Positions 19,973 to 31,301 of a DNA stretch of 64,000 nt are shown piece after piece. The stretch lies in contig CAWAUV010000008.1 of the NCBI GenBank assembly GCA_963785305.1, positions 256,001 through 320,000 of the forward strand, given 5' to 3'. The DNA comes from an uncultured Planctomycetaceae bacterium. Its GTDB lineage: Bacteria > Planctomycetota > Planctomycetia > Pirellulales > PALSA-1355. Position 1 is the stretch's first letter. Every line of letters starts with the position of its first letter. The position numbers and the translations under genes were made by a program. The notes beneath the pieces are model-generated. The model saw only the letters and a list, made by a program, of their open reading frames with translations, had not been told where the DNA came from and made no database searches.

Positions 19973-22380
19973 TTGGTACGGACCGATTCCGACGCGCTGG
20001 CCGACAAGAACGCTTCGCTCTCGGACGACGCCACGCAAGAACAGCTCGGCGCCGCGATCGCCGGCGACGCGCTGGCGTACGTGCAGGCGCTCGCTCCGGC
20101 GGTCACGGCGTCGTTCGAGGCGCAGGGGCAAGCGCAGTATGCTTATGCCCTCGCGCAGGCGAGCGCCATCGAAGAATATCCCAACGGGATTTACGATTCG
20201 AATTACAACGCCGCGATGGCCACGGCGAGCGCGAATCTGCAAACGGCGCTCACCGCCGCCGGAGTGACTTACTCGTCGGCGGAGCTCGCCGCCCGCTCGC
20301 CGCAAGAGACGGCGATCGCCGCGGCCGAAGTCACGGCCGCGGGCCAAATCGCCACGAACATCACCACCTGGCAAGACGCCACCGCGGGCAACGATCAAAC
20401 GCTCGGCGTGTCGGCCGCCGAGGCGGCATTGACCGATGTGCTGAACGACGACGCGACGTACGAGCAGTACGACGTGCAAAGCGCCGTCGATTACAACACG
20501 CTCGCGCAGAACCTCGCGGCCGCGAGCCCGAGCGTTTATGCCAACGAAGGCGCCGTGCTGGCCAGCGCCGCGCTGACCAACGTGCAAACGACCGATAGCG
20601 CCTGGCTGACCCAGCAAACATCGCTGGCCAACGCCGACGAGAGCGAGTCCGTTACGGATGCCGAAGCGCAAGCCGCTCTCTTGGATGCCCAAGCCTCGGC
20701 CGACGCCACGCTCACGACCTCGACCGCCGCCGCCGAGCAATCCGGCGTGGCCGCCTCGCTGGCCGCCGACGCCGCGATCATCGCCGCGGGAGACAGCGCA
20801 TCGACGACCCCGCTCTTGCCGACGCCCGCCGCGGCATTGACGGTAGCCAACTTGGCGATCGGCGCGCCAAGCTTGCCGAGCCAGCCGGGGACCGACACGT
20901 TCTATCAGAACGCGATGGACGGCGTGGCGTACGGCTTCTCATTCGTGCCGCAAACGTCCTACAACGACCCCGGCAATTTGAACGAGGATTTGAACCTCGC
21001 CGCGACAGAAACCGCCGTCCGCGCCCCGCTCATCTATGACCAAGGCGGAACGAACAGCCCTAGCGAAGTCGCCGCCGTGGCGATCACCCCGCCGACAGGC
21101 GAGACATATCAAATCGCGAATCTAGCCGACGGCGGCGGCGGAAGCGGCGGAACTTCCAGCGGAACCGACGGCAACATCTGGACGCCCAGCGCCGGCGACG
21201 TGAACGGCGCGCCGGTGTCCGAGGGCGTCGGCCTGCTTCTCGCGGGCGCGAACTCGGGCGAGGGTTTGCAATACAACAGCGTTGTCGGCGCGGCCCCCTC
21301 GGGGTTCACCGACACCTATGCGGCATCCCAGGTTACCTTCGGGGCCACCGAACAAATTCTCTATGCCGACACGGAAAACAACGCCACGACAACGCCGCTA
21401 GGACCGGCGCCCGACCCGCTCGCCCTGAGTTACAGCACCGCCAAGGGCTTCTTTTCCGTCAGTGGTTCCCCGACCGACGGCGAAACCAACGAGGCGATTT
21501 CGCTCGCTGGGCAAATCGCCGCCAAACAGGCGAAGCTCGAGGCGAACAATCGGTTTCTCGAGTTCTTCGAAAGCCGATCCGTTCCGGTTCTGACCGAGAA
21601 TGCACAACTCACGCAAGAGATCGCTCAGCTTACCAAACAGTTCAACGACAAAGGCTACAATCGGCTCGAGTGGAGCGGAAGCTTCGGACCCGACATCGGC
21701 GGCTATGGCGGGACCGGGTTGGCCGGAGCCCAGTCGATCGCGCGGGGCCTCGTCTCAAGCAACGGCGCCCAGAGCGTCTTCATGGATGAGTTCCTCTTCC
21801 TGTACTCGGCCGGCGGCGTCGGAAAGCTGATCGGCAAGGGCGTGCTCAAAGGCGCGGGACGCGCCTTCGGCGCAGCGCCGGCGAAGATATACTGGCGGCG
21901 GACGCGGCCGAAGCCGGATTGGGAGCAGAGGCTGCAGGTAATTTGGGCGGGCGTGGACTAACCTCGACGGTCGGCGGGGTTCCGATTGACCCGGCCGACC
22001 TCGCCCGAATGAAGGCCGCGTTTGAGAAGAGCGGCGGATCAATCCTGCAGAACGCTGAAATTGATGCTTATCTTCGCTGGAGAGCCGAGCAGATGGGCGC
22101 GAGCAACATCGGTGGCGTAACATATAACGCAAAAGAGATTATATTGCCGACGAATGCGACCCGGACCGCCGTCTTCGAGGAATTCATTCATACGGCTCAG
22201 TTCAAGTCCGGGCGGGTCAATGAGTTGATCGTGAAGTACGGCAACGCGGAGGCCGAGAGGCTATTGGAAATCGAAGCAGCAAAAAAACTCATTCAAAACC
22301 AGAGCGCATGGGCGCTTCCGCAATCCGAAATAGACGCGGTAAGGCAACGCTTAATCCAGCTTGAAAAAGGGATGCCGTGA
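19973..22380 (+). CDS. Orphan polymorphic toxin B: Ala-rich pre-toxin domain + Tox-MPTase4-like zincin tip; frameshift ~21890
   Basis: Shares the pre-toxin segment with A and C; tip has TAVFEEFIHTAQ and LEIEAAKKLI motifs. Confidence 0.75.
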
Positions 22381-22658
22381 ACTATATGAATTTTCAATTT
22401 CGCGTACGAAAAGTGTGGGTAGCGCCAGCGCGACGGTTCATACACATCATCGGGGTAGTCGAAAACGGCGTGGTTGTTCCACCGGTGGTCGCGAGCGTGT
22501 CCGGGCACCCCGGTGCGACGGTTCGTATTTGCTCGATGGCAATTAGTGGATTCGATGCACAAGCGGGCAGACCGCGGGAACTCACCTTTGCCATCAGTGA
22601 ACCTACGATCGATCCCGCCGAGTTGGAAGGTTGTGTCCTGAGCGATGTTCAATCTTAG
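22377..22658 (+). CDS. Putative immunity protein B (93 aa, beta-rich)
   Basis: GTGA start/stop overlap with toxin B. Confidence 0.65.
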   Translation: MNYMNFQFRVRKVWVAPARRFIHIIGVVENGVVVPPVVASVSGHPGATVRICSMAISGFDAQAGRPRELTFAISEPTIDPAELEGCVLSDVQS

Positions 22659-22710
22659 AGCCTATCCAGCGACCAGGGCTTTGAAGCTAGCGTTTTCGTT
22701 GCTGGCGGGC

Positions 22711-22831
22711 TGTCTCTCCCGAAAACCTCATCGGAGGGGAAAACGATCCGGAGTAGGGGCGATTTGGCGGGGTTGGTTTCGGCGGGGCTCAAGAAAAATC
22801 GTCGGGGTTGGCGTGAAAACAGGCCCGAAGG
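22711..22831 (+). repeat. Cassette-delimiting element copy 3
   Basis: TGTCTCTCCCGAAAACCTCATCGGAGGGG...GTGAAAACAGGCCCGAAGG. Confidence 0.9.
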
Positions 22832-25084
22832 CACCGCGCTCGCCAATGCCGCGCTGACGAATGTGCAATCATCCGATAGCGCTTGGCTGACTCAACAAAC
22901 GACCTTGGCCGACGCCGATGAAGCGGAGTCGATCACCGAAACCCAAGCCCAAGCCGGCTTGCTCGATGCCCAAGCCGCCGCCGACGCCACCTTGACCAAC
23001 GCCGCCGCCGCCGAGCAATCCGGCGTGGCCGCCTCGCTGGCCGCCGACGCCGCGATCATCGCCGCGGGAGACAGCGCATCGACGACCCCGCTCTTGCCGA
23101 CGCCCGCCGCGCCGCTGGCAGTCGCCAATCTGGCGATCGGTTCGCCGAGTCTGCCGAGTCAACCGGCGACCGACACGTTCTACCAGAACGCGATGGCCGG
23201 CCCGGCGTACGGCTTCTCATTCGTGCCGCAAACGTCCTACAACGACCCCGGCAATTTGAACGAGGACCTCACGCTAAGTTCCACCGAAACCGCCGTCCGC
23301 GCCCCGCTCATCTACGATCAAGGCGGCACGAACAACCCCGGCGAAGTCGCCGCCGTGGCCATCACCCCGCCGACAGGCGAGACGTACAGTATCGCGAATC
23401 TAGCCGACGGTGGCGGAAGTGGCGGCGGAACGACCAATGCCGACGGCAACATCTGGACGCCATCGGCGGGCGACATCAACGCCGCCTTCCTAGCCGGCAG
23501 CACCTCGAAGACGGTCTCGCCAGCCGCCGCGCCCCAAGCCGGCGGTTGGAACGGAATCTCGGGCGCGGCGCCGGCCGTCGACTACGGAACGACCAACGCG
23601 ACGGTCTCGACATTATTGGACGACGGATCGCATTCAGCGGTTGTGCGGCAGGTGGCCGACAATTCTTCGTCGGACGGGACGAGTGGCGACCAGCCGATGA
23701 CGGTCCATGGAATTCCGATCCAAGGAATGGACGCTGATGGGAAGGTTTGGCTCGCGATTCCCAACTATCCGGAAGCGCTGCCGTCGACCACTGGAAGCGC
23801 CGCGCCGCGGGAACCACGTCGTGGGACGAGGCGGCGGCCGAATGGCGAGCGTACCAGGAAGACGTCGCCGCGATGGAGGACAATTCAAACGGATGGTTGG
23901 CGACGAGAACTGCCGCGGATGTCGAACAAACATGCTTCGTAGCGGGAACGCTGGTAGCGACACGCAATGGCTTTAAAGCGATTGACGAGATCACGATCGG
24001 CGATGAAGTGGCTTGCAAAAACGATGGCGATGTATACGGGGAAATGCATTGGCGCGTGGTGGACCGGATATTCAAGCATGCTCCGACGCCAATTCTAACC
24101 GTTGAAATCGAGCAACGCGCTATTCGCGGCACGGCGAACCATCCATACTGGGTCGACGGGAAAGGCTGGACGTATGCGGCGCAATTGCGGGTGGGCGATC
24201 AGCTCCTCGGCCATGACGGCCTCTTGCAACGAGTGACCGCGATCGTCGACAATGGCGAAATCGAGCCGGTTTTCAACATTGCCGTCGCCGAACACCACAC
24301 GTACTTCGTTGCCAGCGGGGATATGACAGTAACGGCGCTGGTGCATAATGATTATGTTATCACGGAACAATCCAGCGGCAGGACGTTAGTTTATTACCAG
24401 GCGAGCATTTTTGGTTATCGAACCGATAGCAAGGTACTAATCGGGTACCTGGAAGGCGAAAATGTCATTCATGTCGCGGCGGATGGCACAAAAACCGCGG
24501 CGCTGTTGAGCGCCGTGGAAGTCGAGGTGACGAGCTTGGGTACAACGGGCGATTGGGATCAATGGTTCAGCCAAAGCAGCTTGGCGAAGTGGCTGGAAGA
24601 ACATCCAAACGCAACGTACGGAACTCCGAATGAGAACGAGGCATCTATTTCGGCGGTCGGCACGCCGCCCCCAGGGATGGCAAACAAGGTCACCGGAGTC
24701 TTGGTCGCTCCAGCAACTGATACCGCGGCTCGGACCTATTCGGCCGGCATGGGTTGGGGAGGCTCATCGAGCAATTTGCCCCCGAATTCGATGCCTTCGC
24801 CGCCCCCTGACGAGCATGCGTTTGGAATGAGCGTCGGCAACAAGAACAAAGCCGCAGCAATTGAAGCCGTGATAGGTGTTGGCGAGGCCGGGATACTTGC
24901 AACGGACGAGGTCGTCAATGGAAGGAATTCAGTCGACTTTGTCGCATTCACCGTCGGGGCCCACGCTTATTTCTATCTCACTACTACGGATGGCAAGTAC
25001 ATTCCTTATTCCGGCCCATACAATGGCGCGGTGATCTTGAGCAACTGGCTCGGCTACGGTAAGAGTTTGCCGACCACGGATTAG
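22826..25084 (+). CDS. Orphan polymorphic toxin C: pre-toxin segment + pretoxin-Hint + uncharacterised tip; frameshift ~23790
   Basis: Shared segment ending IWTPSAGDIN; Hint CFVAGTLV (23933)...TANHPYW...VFNIAV...VHN (24349); ~245-aa unknown C-terminus. Confidence 0.78.
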
Positions 25085-25097
25085 ATTGCGGTTTGAG

Positions 25098-26657
25098 ATG
25101 AATGTTTTTCGGATTCTTAAAGGCGGCCGTTTTTTTATCGTGGCCGTCGTGTGCAGTGTCGCCGTGGCGGCACTCTTTGTCGCGGTTGAGTCGAGAAGAC
25201 GGCGGTCCGTTTCTCGCGATTTGATGGCATTTGGCGCAACCAGCCGCACGGTCGACGCCCCGGGGTCTATCGCCGGCGCACTCTTGGGGAAAAGCGACGG
25301 GCGCCGGATTGTTTGCTATTTAGAGGTTCCCGCGAAATCGGCGGCCGCGGCATTGGCGGCCGCTGGCGATTTGAGCCAACTTTTCGAGATCACGTTGAAC
25401 GGGGGCGAGATCGACGCGGAGCTGATCCATGCGTTACGGATCGCGGCTCAACTCGAGCGGCTTACCTTCCGCGACTGTCTCGTGAAGTCCCACGCGGTTT
25501 CCGGTATTTCCGAACTGAGGACCGTGAAGTGGCTTAAATTCGCGAATTGTGCTTTTGATCACAAGGCCCAGCTTTTCGAAGAACTTCCTATAAACATCGT
25601 CGAGCTGTTTTGCGAGAATTTGACGCTCGCCGATGCCGATCTGGCCCGCGTCGGCCGGCTTTCGAACCTCGTCTATCTATCGCTGGATGGCAATCCCGTT
25701 TCCGGGAAATGTCTTGGCGGATTCGAGCGCTTGCCGAAGTTGCGATCCCTGGACGTGTCGCGAACTCATTTCGATTGGCGCGGAATCCGCGAATGCTGCT
25801 CTAGAATGCACTTGTCGTCCGTCTTTGCGTCGGGGATAGACATAACGCCTGCCGAATTGCGGTCGCTTAAGACCGAGTTTCCGAACGTAAAAATCAAGAG
25901 CGATCTTTTCGATCGGCAACAGGCGCTCAGCGATGGATTCAAGCAGAGGCTAGTGGAAGCAAGTCAGCGCAAATCGCCTGGAATGCTCGATCGCGTATTA
26001 GTTGACGTCGATTTAGCATTGGCGAACGATTCTGAGAATCCCGAACTCTATGCTATTCGCGGTATCGCGCATGAAAAGCTTCAACAATGGAGGGACGCCG
26101 TCGACGATTTTAGCCGGTCAATCGATATCGAACGCGAGCCGAAATATCTAAGAGCACGGGCTGGTGCGTACGCTAAGCTTCATCGAGATATCGAATGCCT
26201 TCGCGATATAGACGAGGCTCTTGGAAAAGCCAATGCCAAGAGGATTCCGGCGGCGGCGGATATTCCGTTGTTAAAACTTAGAATCATCCTGCACATGGAA
26301 TCACATGATCCTCGGACGGCAATGTTGGATTGCGAAGCGATTGTGAGAGCGAACCCAAATGACGTCGGCGCTTGGATTTCGTATGCCGAGGCAAATTTTG
26401 CAATCGAACACTGGCGTAGCTGTATCGAGAATTGCAATCGAGCGCTCGCGATCAATCCGCGCGCGATCGAAGCATTGAATTTTCGCGCTCAAGCGAATGA
26501 GAAACTGGGGATGCGACAATTAGCAGACGCCGACCGCGAACAAATAGCTCGATTTAAATCTCGTGCGGTTCCTGTCCCTCCCAAAAATCAATCGGAGGAG
26601 AAGGCGATCCCAAGTAGGCTCGAATTCGTGATGTCGGCTGCGCGGAGCTCGATATAA
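25098..26657 (+). CDS. Membrane-anchored LRR + TPR protein (putative immunity C); last ~28 codons derive from repeat copy 4
   Basis: N-terminal TM (FFIVAVVCSVAVAALFVAV), LRRs (LVYLSLDGNPV, LRSLDVSRT), TPRs (AVDDFSRSIDI, CNRALAINP). Confidence 0.75.
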   Translation: MNVFRILKGGRFFIVAVVCSVAVAALFVAVESRRRRSVSRDLMAFGATSRTVDAPGSIAGALLGKSDGRRIVCYLEVPAKSAAAALAAAGDLSQLFEITLNGGEIDAELIHALRIAAQLERLTFRDCLVKSHAVSGISELRTVKWLKFANCAFDHKAQLFEELPINIVELFCENLTLADADLARVGRLSNLVYLSLDGNPVSGKCLGGFERLPKLRSLDVSRTHFDWRGIRECCSRMHLSSVFASGIDITPAELRSLKTEFPNVKIKSDLFDRQQALSDGFKQRLVEASQRKSPGMLDRVLVDVDLALANDSENPELYAIRGIAHEKLQQWRDAVDDFSRSIDIEREPKYLRARAGAYAKLHRDIECLRDIDEALGKANAKRIPAAADIPLLKLRIILHMESHDPRTAMLDCEAIVRANPNDVGAWISYAEANFAIEHWRSCIENCNRALAINPRAIEALNFRAQANEKLGMRQLADADREQIARFKSRAVPVPPKNQSEEKAIPSRLEFVMSAARSSI

Positions 26658-26665
26658 AGACGCCG
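26573..26665 (+). repeat. Cassette-delimiting element copy 4 (degenerate)
   Basis: TGTCCCTCCCAAAAATCAATCGGAGGAG..GGCGATCC..AGTAGG..GGAGCTC. Confidence 0.75.
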
Positions 26666-26667
26666 TC

Positions 26668-26770
26668 TGTCCCCGCCCCTCCCGAAAACTCGATCCGGGG
26701 GAGTAGGGGCGTGCCGGCCCATGGCCCTTCGCAAAATCGGGTTGGGCGTCACTGTCAAGGATATTTGTGA
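26668..26770 (+). repeat. Cassette-delimiting element copy 5 (variant subtype)
   Basis: TGTCCCC..CCCTCCCGAAAACTCGATCCGGGGGAGTAGGGGCG...TGTCAAGGATATTT. Confidence 0.75.
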
Positions 26771-26771
26771 A

Positions 26772-29700
26772 ATGGCGGCCGGCGCGGCTTACGAGTAGTC
26801 GGTCGAGCCGGGTTGGCTCGAGTATGTTTCCGAGAGCGATGCCGCAGGCGTGACCCAGAGCGATGCCCAGGCTTTGGCCGTCAAGACGCAGGCCGTGGCC
26901 GACGACGCGGCGGAATCGCAGTTCGCCCAAGCGGTGGCCGGCGCCGAGGAGACCGAGGCCGAGTCGCTGGCCGACGCCGACGAGGCGGCCTCCGAGTCGG
27001 GCGCCGCGGCCGACGCGGATCGTTCGCTCTCGGGGGTCGAGGCCGAGTCGACGTACAGCGTGGCGGTGGCCCAGGCCACGGCCGCGTACGACAACACGGC
27101 TGCCGGGGCCGAGGCGGCGCAAAGCCGGATCGTGTACGCCGCGGCGATGGCCGATATCGTCGCCAATCCCCAGATGCTGCTCGCTCCGAATCTGGCCGAT
27201 CCCGACACCGCCGACATCGCGACCGTGGACGAGGCGCGCCTCGCCCAGGACCAGGCGCTCGACGCCGCGAATCTGACGTTCACGACCAGCATCGAACAAG
27301 CGATGGTCGCGCGGGCCCAAACGCTGGGCGACGCCGATGTGGCGCTGGCGACCGGGGCGGCCGGCACGCTCGATACCGCCACCAGCGCCGCCGTCGCCGC
27401 GGGCAATGTGTTTGCCCGGGCCGAGGCCGGATTCGCCGGCACGCTGACCGATTCCCAGGCCGGCGACGAGGCGACCGACGAAGTCGCTTATGGCCAGGCC
27501 GAGGTGAACGACACGCAAACGGTCGGCGGCGACCTGACGACGTATGAAAACACGGTGAGCGAGGCGAACGGGACGGAGCTCGTGGCGCTGGGGTCGGCCG
27601 AGGGCACTTATCAGATCAATACGGCCGAGGCGAGCACTCAAGCCGCCGCCTCGGCGGCCAGTGTGGCGCCCGACTCGGCGAATCTGTTCGCGGCGCAGTA
27701 TGCCCAATCGTACGCCGCTTGGGTTAGCGATGTGGCGCCGTCGTACACGGCCTACTGGCAGACGATCGCTTCCACCAATGAAACGGCCGACCAGCAAGCG
27801 GACTCGAACGATGAAACGGCCGCCAATGCTTATGCCCAGGCCGATCTGGCGTATATCCAAACCACGAGCGCCGCCGACGCCACGCAAACCGAAAACGACA
27901 CCGCGGCGGACACGGCGTTCGACGTGGCGGACGTGGCGCTGGCCGGCGCGAGCCAGACGGCGAGCCAAGCGGCGGATGGGGCGTTGCAAGTGGCCGAGGC
28001 GCAAGCGCTCGATGTCTATGGCGTGGCGGCGGCCCAGGCGCAAATGGTTTTGCAAGTGGGCGATGATAGTGGCGGAGGAACCGCTGGCGGGCTCGTTCAA
28101 GCCCAGAACGCGAATTTGGAAACCGACGACGCGGCCCAACTCGCTTTCGACGTGGCCACGGCGGCATACAATGCGGGCGGCGACGTCGACACGTATCAAG
28201 CGGCCGTCGCCACATATTACGCGGCGCTCCAAACCGCCACCGCGACCGAGACCTCCGCCCAGACCACCGCCCAAGCGACGAATGCCACCTCGCTGAGCGC
28301 GGCCGCCTATCAATTGGCCGTCGCCCAGGCGAACGCCACGTATGGCGATGGCACGAGTTCCGGCGACGCCGCTTCCTGGTCGGGCGCCATGGCCGCCGCC
28401 GAATCGACCGCGGCGGTGAGCGAGGCCCAAGCGGTTCATGATCAGGCCGACGCCCTGAATCAAGACGCCAAGGCCGACGCGGATTCGTACGCCAACGCGA
28501 CGTACACCTGGACCGTGGCGTATGACTCCGCCGCCGCCACGGACACGAACCAAGACAACGCCGCCTATGCCGCCAGCGCCGCGCCGCAAGCGCAAGCGCT
28601 CGCTTCGCTCTGGGTGACCCAGGCCGATTGGCAGTCGGCCGTGGTCCAGGGCGGCGAATTTTACCGCCGCCTCGCCCGCGCTCGACGCGTTTCTGATCGA
28701 TCGGGCCGAGACCGAGGCCACTTGGATCGGGCCGGCGGGCGTTGCGTATGTCGGCTACGTGACCGGCGAAACGAGCACCGGGCAATCCGCCGCCGACGCG
28801 ATCACCTCGGCGATTCAAACCGATTCCGACGCCGACGCCCTGGCCACGCGCGACGCCGCGCTGGCCGACGACGGCGACGAGCTCACGGGCGCGAACTCCG
28901 ACATGGCCGCCGCGCTGGCCTTCGCCCAGTCCGACGCCCCGGCCGCGGCGACCGAGCTCGATCAAATGGCGGCGGCCACCGGCGCGTATACCGTGAGCGT
29001 GGCCGCGGCCCAGCAAGCGCTGGCGAACGGCGGGTCGCAAGACGATTACAACACCGCCGTCTCCGCCGCCACCACAACCCAACAATCGGCCAACCAAGCG
29101 GCGATCACCGACTATGCCTTGGCCCAGCTCGCGCTCGAAAACAGCGACACGCTCGCCGCCGCCGGCGCGAACCTCACCGCCGCCGATTCGCTCGCCAGCG
29201 CCGCGAGCACGCTGCAAACCTCGCAAGCCTCGAACGATCAAACGGCGGCTCTGGCGATCGCCGGAGCGATTCACGACGCCGCCGTCTCGAACGCGGCGGC
29301 CGACAGCGGCTATGCCATCGGTCAAGCGACGAGTTGGGACACGGCGGTCGACAATTTGTATGCGTCCGCGCCGAGCGTGTACTCGCAAGAAGCGGCGAGT
29401 CAGGCCGACGCCGCGAAGGCGCAAGTGGTCAGCGTGTCGAACGCGCTCTCGGCCAGCGAGACCACCACCGCCAACGCCAATCAGACGATGGCCGACACGA
29501 CCGCCAACGCCGCCGCGAGTTTGAACACGAGCATGGCGGCGGCGAGCCAGACACTTGCCGCCAACCAGGCGCAGGCAACCTACAACGGAGCGGTGGCGCT
29601 TGTCGCGGCCGATTCGACCGCCGCCCAGTCCGGCGCGGCGACCCCCCAGGGCCTTCCGATGCCCGCCGCCCCGGCGCCGGTGACCGCGGCGAATGTGGAT

Positions 29701-30891
29701 GTCGCGCCACCCACCTTGCCGAGCCGGCCGCCGACCGATGCGTTCAGCCCCACGACCAGCGCCCGGCTGGCCAGCGCCGCAGGCTCGAACGCCCAAGCGA
29801 TCAACCTCACCGGCGCCAGCACCCTGGCCGAAGGCGTAACCCTTTCGCAGACCGAAAACCAAGTCGCCACGGGGCAGACGATCACCGTCTCCCCGCCGAG
29901 CGGCTGGAGCACGGTCATCAATGTCGGCATCGGGATTTTTACAGGCGCGATTTCAGGTGCTCTAGCTGGCGGCACGGTGGGTGGTCTCTTGACAGGCGGC
30001 GCGGGCACGGCCTTCACGGCGATTGCGGGCGGTATCGCCGGCGCTGTCGCCGGCGGCTTCGCGGGTTATAATGCGACGGACGCGACGAGCGCGTTCACGA
30101 GTTCCCTCGGCGCCGGCATCCGGGCCGGCTTCGTGGCCGGCGTGGCGGGAGCGTACGTTGCCGCGGCCGCTTTGCCGGCCACCGCGGGGCTCCTGACGCA
30201 GATGACCGTCGCGGCCGCGGCCGGCGCGACCGCCGAAACCGCGGTTCAGACTTATGAGATCGGCGTCGGCTCGCGCAAAAGCGCCGACAACTTCCAGATC
30301 GCGGTAACCGCCGGCGCGTCCGCCGTCGGCCCGCTCGCCGCGAAAGTCATGTCCGCCGTCGACGACGGAATCACCAATTTAGTCGCCTCGTTCAAACAAC
30401 AAGCCCAGGGGCTCGCGAACGCCACCACGAGCGAAACGGCCAGTCTGAATGCGAATCCCCCAGAAACGGAGCCCCTCGTAACAACGCCCGAGGCGGAAGC
30501 GCAAGCCGCGAATGCGGCAAACAACGCGCCACCGGTAGCGTTACCGGTGAAGCCGCAAGACCCCGACGCCGGCATCTACCCGAGAAGTCCTTTATCAAAG
30601 CCGGTGTCCCCACCGCTTGAGCCCGGTGAATACGTTTATGTACAAGACGCCGATGGCATTGTTCACGTGGTCCCTAACGGCCCGCATATGCATCCGACCG
30701 TTCTTGGTAATGGTCAGCCTGCGGCGGCTGCCGGAGAGATTATTGTTGATGCAAATGGTGTTGTCATTGAAATCAATAATATCAGCGGAACTTTCCAGCA
30801 CGGCGCCAGTGTATTGGATGGAGTTAAAAATGCTCTCGAAAAGGCGGGATTGACCGTGAGCCCGAATGCAATCAATCCGTTTCAGTGGTAA
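26772..30891 (+). CDS. Orphan polymorphic toxin D: long Ala-rich region + glycine-zipper hydrophobic segment + Ntox43-like tip; in-frame TAG at 26796, frameshift ~28680
   Basis: ORFs 26850.. and 28759..30891; GAISGALAGGTVGG zipper; tip YVYV..HPTVLGNG..AAGEI...INNISGTF. Confidence 0.72.
29295..30509 (+). repeat. 1215-bp direct repeat, copy 1 (shared by cassettes D and E)
   Basis: Near-identical to 32000-33214; differences cluster at the 5' end. Confidence 0.95.
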
Positions 30892-30904
30892 AGGCAAGAT
30901 CGAA

Positions 30905-31267
30905 ATGAAATCTTCCGTAATACTGAAACGCGGCCAGCAGCTAGTTGCGATTACATTGGATGCGTTTGAGCTGGACGAGCGAAAGCTCGAATGCAATATC
31001 TCGTGCGAGCCGCGAATCAGCACGAGCAGCGGTGAAGCATATTCGCCGGGCGCCGTCCGCATCTTGTGTCTATCTGCAATGGCATTCGTGCGAAGGAAAT
31101 TAGGGCTTTCTGCTGGCCTAAGATTGTATGTGTCTGAGGTATACGGAATCGTCGACCGTTCTGATGAAGTCGCAATCTGTAACGCCGCAGCTATCGCGAT
31201 TGCGAAATCGCTACGAAATGATGGACGTACTCTGATTGAGAGCCATAGCGGCTGGTGTAGTGAATGA
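30905..31267 (+). CDS. Putative immunity protein D (~120 aa)
   Basis: AT-richer ORF 13 bp after the toxin D stop. Confidence 0.6.
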   Translation: MKSSVILKRGQQLVAITLDAFELDERKLECNISCEPRISTSSGEAYSPGAVRILCLSAMAFVRRKLGLSAGLRLYVSEVYGIVDRSDEVAICNAAAIAIAKSLRNDGRTLIESHSGWCSE

Positions 31268-31301
31268 ATTCAGACTTGTTGTTCCTGTCCCTGTTGTCCC
31301 T

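Noticed and set aside
26520..30071. Long ORFs 26520..28721(-), 27724..29862(-) and the Arg-rich second half of 26850..30071(+)
   Set aside because: Antisense or off-frame shadows of the GC-rich Ala-rich toxin D gene.
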